Virus record (IMG/VR): IMGVR_UViG_3300014656_006065
Location: 1 to 28,676 of that record
Strand: one strand, 5' to 3'
Length of the DNA: 28,676 bases
Source of the DNA: a virus
Lineage: Duplodnaviria > Caudoviricetes
Made by a program: the position numbers and the translations under genes. The notes under the pieces were generated by a model. It had not been told where the DNA came from. It did no database searches and saw nothing but the letters and a program-made list of their open reading frames with translations. Below, in pieces: positions 1-9,214 of this stretch; positions within the stretch are counted from its first letter, which is position 1; each line of letters begins with the position of its first letter.

Positions 1-1392
1 CGAACCCTCGGTGCCAATATTCTGAGGCTGCACACCGTCCGGGTATGTTACTTCGGGCGCTGGCGCCCCAAGGATCTGTTGCGGGTGAATCGATTGCCAG
101 TCGCCGGGCTCTTGAAAGTTCTCTGTAGTATTATCGGTAACATTCGGCATCCCTGCGTGATCTGTGAGCTGCAGCAATTCAGCCTTGAATTGAGTTTTCA
201 GGTCGGCAAGCCGCTGTGCTTCTTCTGGTGTCGTGTCGGGGTTGTTAATCTCTGCGGTGATATTGGCTATTTTCCGCATAAGAACATTGCCGCCACCAAG
301 TAGAGTGCCGACGATGCCGCCGCCAAGCGCCTGGGTCTTCAAGTTTTCAAATGTCTCTGGCTTGCCAAGCTCTGCGATTGTGTCGCGGATCGCCTGGTTA
401 ATTGGCTTCTTGGCAAAATGAGGAATGGCTATTTCTTCAATGCCCTGCAATACCTCTTCGGTAGCTTCTCCGAGAATGTTGTCTGCAACGAACCGCGCAA
501 AAGCTCCGATTGTTCCTCTGAGTCCAGCCTTGCCGCTCAGTTCAAACAATGGCTTTTCGAGTAACGCGCCAATCTTGCCGGCGCTTGCCGTCAGGGTCTT
601 TGTAATACCAGTGCTTGCGGCTCTACCGGAAAAGGCTCTCATGGTTTTGAGCGGGGTTACACCAAGCGTATTTTCTATCAAAGCGTAAGGAACAGCTGCG
701 GCCAGCTCGAAGTATGGGTTTCCGTCTCCGACCATGCCGCCGCGATTTTCGGCTCCGGCTTCCACGTTCGCCTGTCTTATCGACGGCACGCCATAAGTAC
801 CAAGTGTGCCAAGAAATGAGCCAGCTGCTTCTGACAATGGAGCTGCCCCGGCTGCTGCCGGCACGCCTGCGGCTGATCTGAGAGCGTGAAGAGCTGCGCC
901 GCCTGCTTCACTTCCTGCCATTACTTCGCCAGCAATGCCAGCGGTTGCCAGCATTGGCAAGTTTTGAAGCAACGACTGAGAGCCGAAGTCTATAAGATTA
1001 TCCGGGTTCGCTGCAGGCGCTATTCGCTGCGAAGTGTCACCCAGGTCTTTTGAGATCTGATCCAATGGCTTTGCCACGTCGGGAAGTCCGGCAACGTCAG
1101 CGCCCCATGCCGCGAGGCTTGCGCCAGAACGGCCAACATTTAACATACCAGAGGTCGTATCGGTGACGATGTTCTTTAAGATGCCACGATTGGCTCTCTC
1201 TTCCTGAGCGTCTACTGGTGCCGACGCTTTTTCGGCGTCAGATATGGCCTGCCAAGTTTCCTTGGCGGTTTTATCTACCTGAAATTTTTGCTCGGCTGGC
1301 AGCGACTTGTAGGCATCACTATGCTTAAACGCCATAAAGTTCTCGTAATACGCACGCCGAATTTCAGAATACTGCTGGTTGAGATTTGCCAT
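1..1392 (-). CDS. Large internal virion/DNA ejection protein, N-terminal 464 aa (truncated by window edge)
   Basis: Absent from the ORF track because it has no stop. ATG at 1392 (MANLNQQYSEIRRAYYENF...), preceded by GGAG, stays open to base 1. Gly/Ala-rich with hydrophobic stretches (e.g. GEATEEVLQ...QALGGGIVGTLLGGG). Third gene of the post-nozzle cluster. Confidence 0.75.
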   Translation of the reverse strand, partial: MANLNQQYSEIRRAYYENFMAFKHSDAYKSLPAEQKFQVDKTAKETWQAISDAEKASAPVDAQEERANRGILKNIVTDTTSGMLNVGRSGASLAAWGADVAGLPDVAKPLDQISKDLGDTSQRIAPAANPDNLIDFGSQSLLQNLPMLATAGIAGEVMAGSEAGGAALHALRSAAGVPAAAGAAPLSEAAGSFLGTLGTYGVPSIRQANVEAGAENRGGMVGDGNPYFELAAAVPYALIENTLGVTPLKTMRAFSGRAASTGITKTLTASAGKIGALLEKPLFELSGKAGLRGTIGAFARFVADNILGEATEEVLQGIEEIAIPHFAKKPINQAIRDTIAELGKPETFENLKTQALGGGIVGTLLGGGNVLMRKIANITAEINNPDTTPEEAQRLADLKTQFKAELLQLTDHAGMPNVTDNTTENFQEPGDWQSIHPQQILGAPAPEVTYPDGVQPQNIGTEGS

Positions 1393-1408
1393 TGTGATTG
1401 TTCTCCGA

Positions 1409-2449
1409 TTACTTTGCTTGGGTTCGCTTAACTACGGTTCTCTGTGTGGGCTTCAGCATGTCCATTACCTTCCGGTTCATGTTCATAAATGAATCCATTG
1501 CGGGCGACGAGCTTGTCTGCTGTGCGCCGGGTTGCTGTCCACCGAGAACGCCGTCGCTGTAGCTGTTGATCATTCGAGCAGCTTTTTTATATCTGTCTTC
1601 GATTTCCTGATAGTGGTATTCGTCTTCAGTGCCTTTCATCAAGGACGGGTCGAAATTGCCTGCATCGTCTCTATACTTGGCCCGTAAGTTGGTGAGCTCT
1701 TTCGCTGCATCGTCGCGCACCTGTCGAACCTGCTTAACGCTCTTTTCGTCTAATGCCTGCGCTTGGTTGCCGTCTGGCGAAACCTGCTCGGGTAATTGCA
1801 TGATTCCCTGGTCCGCTCCGGGGATAAATCTTGCCAGCATATCGCTTGCGGCCCCGCTGCCCTGATTGAGTGCGCTCTGAATAATATTGGCGTCTGGCTT
1901 GAATCCATACTTTTCAGCATCAGCCCCGCCAGTCTGAGGGTTGAGCAGATTGCTAAGTCGTTTCTTCTTGGTGATAGAATCGAGAACGTCATCATAAAAC
2001 TTGCGGTCTTCCGGGTTGGTGCTTTTGAGTGCAAGTTTAAGCGCCTCGTCGATCTTGCCGGCCATTGCAAGCGCGGCAATCTCTTTGTTCGCCGGTAGCT
2101 TTGGAACAACCAGGCCTTTTACGCCTGCCGTGACTTCCTGCTGAAACATCGGGTCGGCCCATCGGTCGGGATACATGGATTTGATTTGCTCGATCTGCTT
2201 ATTTTGCAGCTCGTCTTGTCGAGACAGCTTCTTGGAGTATGCCGCCTCTTCATCAGCAACGCGCTGCTGGCGCTGCCTCGCTTCTGACTTCTGGCTATAT
2301 TCATCAGTCATATCGAGCGTTTCGCGCTTGCGCTGCTTGGTCTTTTCCCAATCCTTCGCGTCCTGCTCGTCGGCTTCCTGCTCGCGAGTATGTTTGAGGT
2401 AGCCTTGGCCTACGCCTGACAGTATTTTACCGAGTATATTGCTTCCCAT
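1409..2449 (-). CDS. Putative internal virion (ejection) protein, coiled-coil rich
   Basis: 346 aa with AAGGA RBS. N-terminal 'LGKILSGVGQGY' is followed by a charged helical region. Position matches the podovirus ejection-protein cluster. Confidence 0.6.
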   Translation of the reverse strand: MGSNILGKILSGVGQGYLKHTREQEADEQDAKDWEKTKQRKRETLDMTDEYSQKSEARQRQQRVADEEAAYSKKLSRQDELQNKQIEQIKSMYPDRWADPMFQQEVTAGVKGLVVPKLPANKEIAALAMAGKIDEALKLALKSTNPEDRKFYDDVLDSITKKKRLSNLLNPQTGGADAEKYGFKPDANIIQSALNQGSGAASDMLARFIPGADQGIMQLPEQVSPDGNQAQALDEKSVKQVRQVRDDAAKELTNLRAKYRDDAGNFDPSLMKGTEDEYHYQEIEDRYKKAARMINSYSDGVLGGQQPGAQQTSSSPAMDSFMNMNRKVMDMLKPTQRTVVKRTQAK

Positions 2450-2463
2450 GATTAAATCCTTTC

Positions 2464-3216
2464 TTATCCGAAAATGCCGCCAGTGAGGTAACTCAATGCC
2501 TTCTGGCCGATGCCGCCTGCAGATGATTGTGTGGGAGTGGCAACCGTAGTCGGAAACATCTTGTCGAACATGTTTTTCGAGGCCTGAGCAATTAGGTCTT
2601 GCCCGATACCGCTGCCGGCGCTAGACGCTTGATTTGCATAGCTGTTTCCTTGCTGGTTGAGTAGGCTCGGCACTTGGGTATTAAAACTTGTCGCAACGCC
2701 AGAGGCGCTATTCCCCATATTTAACGCCCGGTCGAGGCTGCTTTGTGCCATTTGATTGCCCTGGGCGATTGTCTGACCCTTGCGGTCTATGCGTTCGCCC
2801 TCAAGGCCTGAGAGATTCTTGGCTCTGGCAACGTCCAGGTTGAGATACTTCGACAACCCGAACCCTGAATTCGACAAGCCGCGCTGGTTCAAATTGGCCG
2901 CGTAGCTTTTCTTTGCGTCGGCAAGGCCGCGCTCCATAGTGCTGCGCTGCGCGTTATAGGTTGTGTCTGGTGAGGTTTCGAGAAAGCTGTAGAACTTGTC
3001 TTCCCAACTCTGCGCCGTTGGCAATGCTCCGGTTACGTTCGTGCCGTTTATGTCGCCGCCAGTAAGCATGCTGTCTGCCATGGCAAGACGATCTTCCATC
3101 ATCTTCTTTTTCCATGCTTCTGTCGATGCCTGGGTGCCGACTGATTGCGCGTAAAGGTCGTTGGCCTGTTCGCGATCCTCTTTGCCTGGGTCGAATATGA
3201 AATCTAAAAAGCCCAT
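2464..3216 (-). CDS. Putative small DNA ejection/pilot protein
   Basis: 250 aa with GGAGG RBS. Gln/Asn/Ser/Gly-rich, contains 'LNQRGLSNSG' and has amphipathic termini (MGFLDFIF, LTGGIFG), as typical of podovirus ejection proteins. Confidence 0.6.
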   Translation of the reverse strand: MGFLDFIFDPGKEDREQANDLYAQSVGTQASTEAWKKKMMEDRLAMADSMLTGGDINGTNVTGALPTAQSWEDKFYSFLETSPDTTYNAQRSTMERGLADAKKSYAANLNQRGLSNSGFGLSKYLNLDVARAKNLSGLEGERIDRKGQTIAQGNQMAQSSLDRALNMGNSASGVATSFNTQVPSLLNQQGNSYANQASSAGSGIGQDLIAQASKNMFDKMFPTTVATPTQSSAGGIGQKALSYLTGGIFG

Positions 3217-3249
3217 GGTTGACCTCCGTGTCGTATGGGTAAAATACTG

Positions 3250-3651
3250 CTACTTGCCAGCATTGCGGGTTATGGTTGTTCTGAGCCGTGACATCTCAGT
3301 GTTAGCCTTGGTAATATCGCTTATTGGTCGGTCGATATTTTCGAGCCATGCCGGAACGTGAACCACACAAGCGCCAGTGTAAATATCTGGAACGGGCGCG
3401 ACTTCGACGTACGCGAACACGGTAAACGTGCCGTGACTTGGGAACACATAGTTGAATGACCACGAAGACAGGGCTGTTCTGCCACCGATAGAGGCTTGAA
3501 TCGTTATCGGCACAGTCAGCTGTCGGCCAGAAGAATCGAGAATGTAAATCTCAACCGCAACGCCCACCGCGTAGGGATAGCCGACAACGATTCTGACGCT
3601 CTCGCCCTTCTTGGCTATTGGCGATGCAAATATTGGAACTTCAAAAGCCAT
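3250..3651 (-). CDS. Hypothetical virion protein, beta-rich/Ig-like
   Basis: 133 aa, coupled to the nozzle gene by a TAATG overlap. Alternating hydrophobic beta-strand pattern. Confidence 0.55.
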   Translation of the reverse strand: MAFEVPIFASPIAKKGESVRIVVGYPYAVGVAVEIYILDSSGRQLTVPITIQASIGGRTALSSWSFNYVFPSHGTFTVFAYVEVAPVPDIYTGACVVHVPAWLENIDRPISDITKANTEMSRLRTTITRNAGK

Positions 3652-5180
3652 TATTCATCCACCCCGTAGTCGTAAATTTTGCAACCCTGTTCACCCACGA
3701 ACCGGAAAGAAAACGAGCTGTAGCGATATGGCCTGACGTTCATGTAGATTAGCTGCTTTGAGTCGAGAGAGTAAGTCAGCGATGTTACCAGGTTACCGTC
3801 ACCAAGAAACTGAACGGTAAATTCGCCCTCGGCTTCAACCCAAATGCGCTTGTGAAATTGAACTTGGCGCGGTAAAGCAAACTCTTTCGTGCGGTAACTG
3901 AACTGGCCCGAGTCGTCTGCGGTCAGCCAGCCAAACGCCTTAGAGTCGAAAACTAATGAAACATGCTTTTCTACGCCAGCGAGAACAGACGCGGCGTAGT
4001 CGATTACTTCTGTCGCATAATATCGATTGCCTATAATCGCACACGAAGACGGGAGAAGCGTCGGCAACGGAAACATATTGTCGATCTTGTCGGAAATGAT
4101 TTCGGCTTTGGCTCCATTGAACGCGGCGATTTGAGTGAGCTGGTTGGTTGATTCCGCGTCTTCAATGGGAAATATGACAAGGCCGCCGACTGCCATTGCA
4201 GTATTGCGAAGCGGTCGCGGGTAGCCTGAAAGGTTTATGTCTATCGGCTTCTTTGCAAAGTTATCCATGTTATCGCCATACAAAACCTCGGCGGTTTCTT
4301 CGCCGAAGAAAAGCAGGGTTTCACCGAACTTGCAGAAGCCATAAAAACCGCTGCTGTTTTCCGCGCCGGGTAGGTTGAATTCATTCTCTGGCGGGAAGGC
4401 CCACCATTTGCCCTGCCTCGATACGAAAACCCTGGAAGCTCCTGATCCTAATACTGCAGCGCCAGCTCCAACAAAAAGCTGATCGTTGTAAAGAATCATG
4501 CTGCTTGGATTTACCAGCCTGAGCGGTGCGACACCATCATCGAGAGAGTCGCAAAGCTCGCCTAAGTCCTGGTCGGCAATTATATCATCGTACGGGCCCG
4601 CCAAAGTTACGGTTGCCGATAAAACAGTGGCGTGATTAACCTGCAGAAATTCGCTGCCACCGAGAGGCATCCGGTAAATCTTCCAGACAAGGCCAGCTCT
4701 ACCGGGAAACAAATCTGCGACGGTCGGAAAGTTGGTGAACCTTGCGACTTCATTTGCTGCTGTGGTCAGTTCGATTAAAGCCGGCTGGCTCTCTTCGTTG
4801 GTGTTAATGTCGAAAAGGGTAACGGCGTAAACGTAAGCGCCAGCTGCATAGGGCGGAGTGATGTATGCTGTAGCGGCCACGGTTGGAAGTCTTGAAGTAG
4901 TCGCGCCGGTCAGAATGTCAGTTATAATCTCGTCCGGCTTATCGAGGCCTATGGCAAGCAACGCGCCTGCCTCTGTGCTTTTCCATTTTATTTGACCGTA
5001 GTTTGAATCGTCGAAGACAGCAATCTTGCCGTTCGGCAATTTGGTCTTGCGGTTGTTCAGTTCGTTGACCGGGAATTCCGCATACTCAAGATAGCCCTGA
5101 TCAATTCGAGCGTTCTTGATTTCCTGCGCTTCTGTCTCGCCGATAAGTTTTGGGTTGCCGAGATTGAGATAGCCAAACAT
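3651..5180 (-). CDS. Tail nozzle / tail tubular B-like (head closure) protein
   Basis: 509 aa with AAGGAG RBS. N-terminal 'F.....PKLI...AQ...NAR.D.G.L', a 'YVYAV...EES.P...KIYR' segment and a beta-propeller-like C-terminal half. Directly follows the adaptor. Confidence 0.65.
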   Translation of the reverse strand: MFGYLNLGNPKLIGETEAQEIKNARIDQGYLEYAEFPVNELNNRKTKLPNGKIAVFDDSNYGQIKWKSTEAGALLAIGLDKPDEIITDILTGATTSRLPTVAATAYITPPYAAGAYVYAVTLFDINTNEESQPALIELTTAANEVARFTNFPTVADLFPGRAGLVWKIYRMPLGGSEFLQVNHATVLSATVTLAGPYDDIIADQDLGELCDSLDDGVAPLRLVNPSSMILYNDQLFVGAGAAVLGSGASRVFVSRQGKWWAFPPENEFNLPGAENSSGFYGFCKFGETLLFFGEETAEVLYGDNMDNFAKKPIDINLSGYPRPLRNTAMAVGGLVIFPIEDAESTNQLTQIAAFNGAKAEIISDKIDNMFPLPTLLPSSCAIIGNRYYATEVIDYAASVLAGVEKHVSLVFDSKAFGWLTADDSGQFSYRTKEFALPRQVQFHKRIWVEAEGEFTVQFLGDGNLVTSLTYSLDSKQLIYMNVRPYRYSSFSFRFVGEQGCKIYDYGVDE

Positions 5181-5192
5181 GGTTACTACTCC

Positions 5193-6365
5193 TTATACTC
5201 TGAATGGCATTGCCACGTATGGCGAAATGTCGATTTGCGGCTTTGTCATTCTGTTCGCGGCTTCGATAACTTCGGTGAATCTATCGTAGTGGATCTGAGC
5301 CTTTTGCAAGTCCTGACTCATTTTGCCCTCTTTGCTGAGCGCCAGATGCGCAGCATAGTGAATCATGCCGCGCTGGTAGTTCTCGTTGTCTATCTGCGGC
5401 GCGTCCGTATCGTTGGTCATTTTGGTAGGTGCCTGACAGTAAAGAATCGAAACCGAAAGCGCCGGGTCGGATCTGGTTACTGTGATTTCTGCTGCCGAGT
5501 CCAAGAGTCTTGCGTTCGTGAGCGAAATGTAAGCCGGTGAATTCTCTGACCATTCAGCCGGCGCCTGGTTGCTGCCATTTATTCGCAAGGCGATAGCGCC
5601 GACGCCCATGGTATAACCACCAGGCACGATAACGGTTGTGTCGCCAGCTGCGATAAAGCGGATATACTTTTCAGACTTCTGGATTGTCGAGAGAGAGATT
5701 GAATCTGGAACATAAACAATTTCGTAAACATGATCGACCAGGGCCGACCAGGTAGTATCATCCGATCTGATAAAATCTATTCTGCCCGAGTTGGTTATTC
5801 TCCACTGGTCTTTATTTTGATAGCTACCGCCGTAGTAAAAATCTACACGGTTCTGATCAAGGGGAATTGTGCCGGCAAGGGTAATGCCTGTCGCGCCTGC
5901 CAGAACAGTTCCGGGAAGTTTCCCTCTGACTACTGAAAGGCTTGCGGCATCGCTCTCTGGTGTCGGATAGAGCTTAATCTTGTTGTTCTCGAAGTACCAG
6001 TGAATCGGCACGCCTTCTTGACCTCGCCAGTTGCAAGCATACGTCATGCCGTCGCCAGACTTAATCTGCTGGTGCCCGGTGCCGCCATAATGAGCATCGA
6101 GAAAATCAACTGATTTGTGGTCGAGAGCTTTACCGTTGTAATAAACGCGCTTCAGCTCAAGAATATCGGCTGGCGGGTAGAAAGCTCCACGCTCTGCCTG
6201 CTGCAGCGGAAGCAAGAACTGGTTGAAAGCTCCCTGCCTGGTAAGCTCAATGTTGCCCCGGTTGAGGTAGCGCTTGAGTTCTGCGACACTCCAGTATTGG
6301 GGCGCGGCTTTGCTGTTTTCTGCAAGCAGCTCGATCAGTTCTTCGTAAAGTTCCTGAAAATTCAT
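5193..6365 (-). CDS. Head-to-tail adaptor (tail tubular A-like) with inserted beta-rich repeats
   Basis: 390 aa. Adaptor-like 'WS..EL..YLN.G', 'G.P..WY....I.LYP.P' and C-terminal 'Y....IHYAAHLALSKE....KA..HY..F'. Lies downstream of the capsid gene. Confidence 0.7.
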   Translation of the reverse strand: MNFQELYEELIELLAENSKAAPQYWSVAELKRYLNRGNIELTRQGAFNQFLLPLQQAERGAFYPPADILELKRVYYNGKALDHKSVDFLDAHYGGTGHQQIKSGDGMTYACNWRGQEGVPIHWYFENNKIKLYPTPESDAASLSVVRGKLPGTVLAGATGITLAGTIPLDQNRVDFYYGGSYQNKDQWRITNSGRIDFIRSDDTTWSALVDHVYEIVYVPDSISLSTIQKSEKYIRFIAAGDTTVIVPGGYTMGVGAIALRINGSNQAPAEWSENSPAYISLTNARLLDSAAEITVTRSDPALSVSILYCQAPTKMTNDTDAPQIDNENYQRGMIHYAAHLALSKEGKMSQDLQKAQIHYDRFTEVIEAANRMTKPQIDISPYVAMPFRV

Positions 6366-6390
6366 TACACACGCCCTCTTATAAATTGAA

Positions 6391-6418
6391 GGACGGGCAG
6401 ACTAATGCCCACCCGCCC
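6391..6418 (-). terminator. GC-rich stem-loop (weak terminator or mRNA stabiliser)
   Basis: The - strand GGGCGGGUGGGC-AUUA-GUCUGCCCGUCC forms a 12-bp stem using G-U pairs, followed by UUCAAUUU. Confidence 0.55.
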
Positions 6419-6446
6419 ATGCAAGGATACCAACCGAAGGTAGGAA

Positions 6447-6809
6447 TCACTTTTTAACAGATTTGGTTTTTGCTGTTGATTCTTCCTGCGGGGTTTCCTG
6501 AGCTACTTCTTTTTCGGCTGCAAGAGTCTTTTCAAGTGCGTCAACGATAGTCTGATCGTCGGCAATCTCGACAACTCTCACCTTTTTTTCTGGTTTGACT
6601 TCCGAGAGAGTGCCGGGGTTCTGAGCAACCTGGTCGCGCAGAAAAGCAATCTCTTTCGGATCTGAGGTCACATACTTAAACTTAAAAAAGCTGATCATCT
6701 TACCGGCCTTGGCCGGCATGTTGGTTTCCAGATTTGCGGGTCTGTCGCCAATGTAGGTCTGGTATCTTTCGGCCTTGCTGCGAAAGGTTACGGGTTTAGC
6801 TTCTGACAT
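6447..6809 (-). CDS. Hypothetical capsid-adjacent protein
   Basis: 120 aa with GGAGGT RBS. 'Y.TSDP.EI.FL' core and a charged low-complexity tail. Confidence 0.7.
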   Translation of the reverse strand: MSEAKPVTFRSKAERYQTYIGDRPANLETNMPAKAGKMISFFKFKYVTSDPKEIAFLRDQVAQNPGTLSEVKPEKKVRVVEIADDQTIVDALEKTLAAEKEVAQETPQEESTAKTKSVKK

Positions 6810-6829
6810 GATTACCTCCGGTTAAGTCT

Positions 6830-6860
6830 GTAAGGGGCGAGATTGCTCCCGCCCCTTTAC
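6830..6860 (-). terminator. Stem-loop after major capsid gene
   Basis: GGGGCGGGA-GCAA-UCUCGCCCC with a GNRA tetraloop, immediately after the capsid stop. No long U tract. Confidence 0.6.
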
Positions 6861-6862
6861 GG

Positions 6863-8050
6863 TTACAGGGTTATTTTGCCATGGCGCAGGGGCAGTCTGA
6901 TCTTGATACCGGCTTCGCCGAGAACCTGATCTTTCTTGCCGTCAACGCCTGGAACCTGGACGTTTGCTTCCCATGAGTCGGGCTGCATTACCATTTCGTC
7001 GATGAGGCCGAGTTCGAGAGCGAAGCCAAGGCCATTGTTTCCGCTGCGGAAATAGCCGAGGGTGCGGTCGTGAACGATACCCATATCGCCGAACGGAGTG
7101 ACCAGTTTCATAATCTTGAGGCCGAACTGCTTCTGGCCTTCGATCTGATACTGAGTTTTGGAAAGGACTTCGTTCTGGATAGCCTTGAGAAGAACGCTGT
7201 CAACAAACAGGGTCTTTTCGTCGCCGCCGTATGCGTAAACCATTTCGGAAAAATCCATGAACTTGGTGTAGGTGAGAGAGCCGGCACACGCCTGCAGGTT
7301 GCCGCCGGTAAGGAATTCATTAACGCCACCAGTGATGCGCTTGGGGTTGGTGCCGGTAACGTCGATATTTCTCTGACCGAACCAATACTGACGAGCGCGT
7401 GCCTGAATGAACTGGTCCCATACGTCGCGGCGGCGTTTCTTGAGGTCGTTGACGCTGCCGTAATGCTGAGTCTGCTCGGCGGTTCTAGTAATATCTACTG
7501 CATCTTTGAAAATCTGCGTGTAGTTGTAGGCTTCGCCGGTTGCAAAGGCCTTGGGTGTGGTTGCGGCTGAGCCTTCTTCAAAGCAGTTGCCAAGAAGAAC
7601 GATGCTTGCGCCAGAAGCGATAGCGGCTGCGGCTATGGTGCCATAACTGCGAGTAACTGTGAGCGTATCGGTGCCAGTTGTTACGACTGTAACCAGAAGC
7701 TGTTCGCCAGTGGAAACAACGTGAAGAACGTCGCCAGCGGTGAAGTAGTCTGACTCATCGACAACAATGTCAGTGTCGCCAGCTGCGTATGCTGCCTGAG
7801 TTACGGCTACCGGCGTGCCTACATCCTGTTCTAACCACTCGAATTTCGGGTTGGTGCAGTTGATGATCTTGCTGGTAGACTTTCTACCCTGCGCCTTAGC
7901 TTCTCTTTCGTGTGTGGTCAGACGAAGCAGGTTTACAAATGCCGCCACGTTCGCGCGAAGTCTGTAGACTTCTTCTTCGACCTGTCGTTTGACGAGAGTC
8001 GACTGTGTTGCGGTAGAAACAGCGCCACGAGTTGCAATGTTAAGAGCCAT
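6863..8050 (-). CDS. Major capsid protein (HK97 fold, SU10/DUF5309-like)
   Basis: 395 aa with GGAGG RBS, downstream of the scaffold. Motifs 'FEWLE', 'NYTQIF....IT.T', 'R.TGG..F', 'TPFG...IV.DR' and 'DGKK..VLGE'. Confidence 0.85.
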   Translation of the reverse strand: MALNIATRGAVSTATQSTLVKRQVEEEVYRLRANVAAFVNLLRLTTHEREAKAQGRKSTSKIINCTNPKFEWLEQDVGTPVAVTQAAYAAGDTDIVVDESDYFTAGDVLHVVSTGEQLLVTVVTTGTDTLTVTRSYGTIAAAAIASGASIVLLGNCFEEGSAATTPKAFATGEAYNYTQIFKDAVDITRTAEQTQHYGSVNDLKKRRRDVWDQFIQARARQYWFGQRNIDVTGTNPKRITGGVNEFLTGGNLQACAGSLTYTKFMDFSEMVYAYGGDEKTLFVDSVLLKAIQNEVLSKTQYQIEGQKQFGLKIMKLVTPFGDMGIVHDRTLGYFRSGNNGLGFALELGLIDEMVMQPDSWEANVQVPGVDGKKDQVLGEAGIKIRLPLRHGKITL

Positions 8051-8115
8051 GATAAAACCTCCGTGTTAATTGCTCTAGCCCTGACATCCTTGTCCGGGCG
8101 CGTTAAGGAAAAACT

Positions 8116-8907
8116 TTATATTCCGAGGAAATCGGCAACGCTGCCGGCCCCTCTTTGAACTGTTTCATCGTCTCTGGCCTGAGTCTGCCGAGGCGCTGGT
8201 TGTTCTCGGTTGTTCACCTGTTCGACCTTTGCCCTCAAGCCGGCCACTTTGTTAGCCAGATTGATAAAGCTGGTATAGTCGCCTTTTCTGGCCTTGGCTT
8301 TCATTTCAAAATACTTCGATACCGGCAAGCTCCGAACTGCTGCATCAAACTTGGCTTCAAGTTCGGGGCTGCTCAATATCTGGCCGATGTTCTGCTCGGC
8401 GACGTCCAGGGCTGCAGCTACGGTTTCCTGTTGCTTTACTTCCTGCTGCTTGTCGTCATAGAACTTTTCAGCCTGCTCATCGAGCTTGCGCGATACGCGG
8501 TTAAAAGCTGCAATGTGCTTGCTGTCGAACGGGTCGTATTCTTCGGCTCCGAATAGCTTCTTTACAATTTCCTCTGACTCAGAAGCGATGCGTTCGAGAT
8601 ATTCCTTGGTGCCTGGTGTCATGCCGGGCGAGAAAGAATCAGCTGGCGTCAGGTCTTTCGGCGCAGGCTTATCCTTTTCAGGCTCAGCGGTTGTTACTGC
8701 TGCTGTCTCTGCTGCCGGCTGTTCGTCTTCAAGCTCGTCATCTTCCAGCGCTTCGCCGTCATCGGGAAAAAGGTCGGCAAACTCGTCTTCAATTTCGTCG
8801 GCTGTGTCGCCGTCCGTATCTTCGATAAGGTCTTCTTCGATCTCTTCAATAACAGGCTCGTTGTCGAGTGCGTCATTGTCCAGTTCGTCGTTGGCCTCTA
8901 CTTTCAT
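8116..8907 (-). CDS. Capsid scaffolding protein (putative)
   Basis: Likely start is ATG 8907 (MKVEANDELD), just after the upstream stop and a GGGA RBS. Very acidic N-terminus and helical C-terminal half. Lies between portal and capsid. Confidence 0.7.
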   Translation of the reverse strand: MKVEANDELDNDALDNEPVIEEIEEDLIEDTDGDTADEIEDEFADLFPDDGEALEDDELEDEQPAAETAAVTTAEPEKDKPAPKDLTPADSFSPGMTPGTKEYLERIASESEEIVKKLFGAEEYDPFDSKHIAAFNRVSRKLDEQAEKFYDDKQQEVKQQETVAAALDVAEQNIGQILSSPELEAKFDAAVRSLPVSKYFEMKAKARKGDYTSFINLANKVAGLRAKVEQVNNREQPAPRQTQARDDETVQRGAGSVADFLGI

Positions 8908-8908
8908 A

Positions 8909-9214
8909 TCAATTATTCCCACGCTTAGCCTCCTTGCTTCGCTGCTCATTCGCATCCTTGCCAGTGCGTATATCATTGTTCAGAGCTGTTTCAAATATTT
9001 CAACTACCTTCACTTTTGATCTTAACACAAGATCGGCGCTATTATCAATATTCTGATAATTATTTTCGCAGCTCGATAAAAATTCTTGGTAGCAATCCGA
9101 TTTGATACGGTCAAATATTGGCTGCATCACTTCTTTGCAGACTTGCGCCTTTTCGCCGTCGTTAATCTTTTTGCACAAGTTTTCCACAAGTGCCCTGAAT
9201 TCTTCTGTCATCAT
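8909..9214 (-). CDS. Small helical protein following portal
   Basis: 101 aa with an ATGA overlap with the portal stop. Common position in podovirus head modules. Confidence 0.65.
   Translation of the reverse strand: MMTEEFRALVENLCKKINDGEKAQVCKEVMQPIFDRIKSDCYQEFLSSCENNYQNIDNSADLVLRSKVKVVEIFETALNNDIRTGKDANEQRSKEAKRGNN

Noticed and set aside
6810-6880. Programmed frameshift or read-through extending the capsid protein
   Set aside because: No slippery heptamer is seen before the TAA stop. The next ORF is out of frame and has its own strong RBS.
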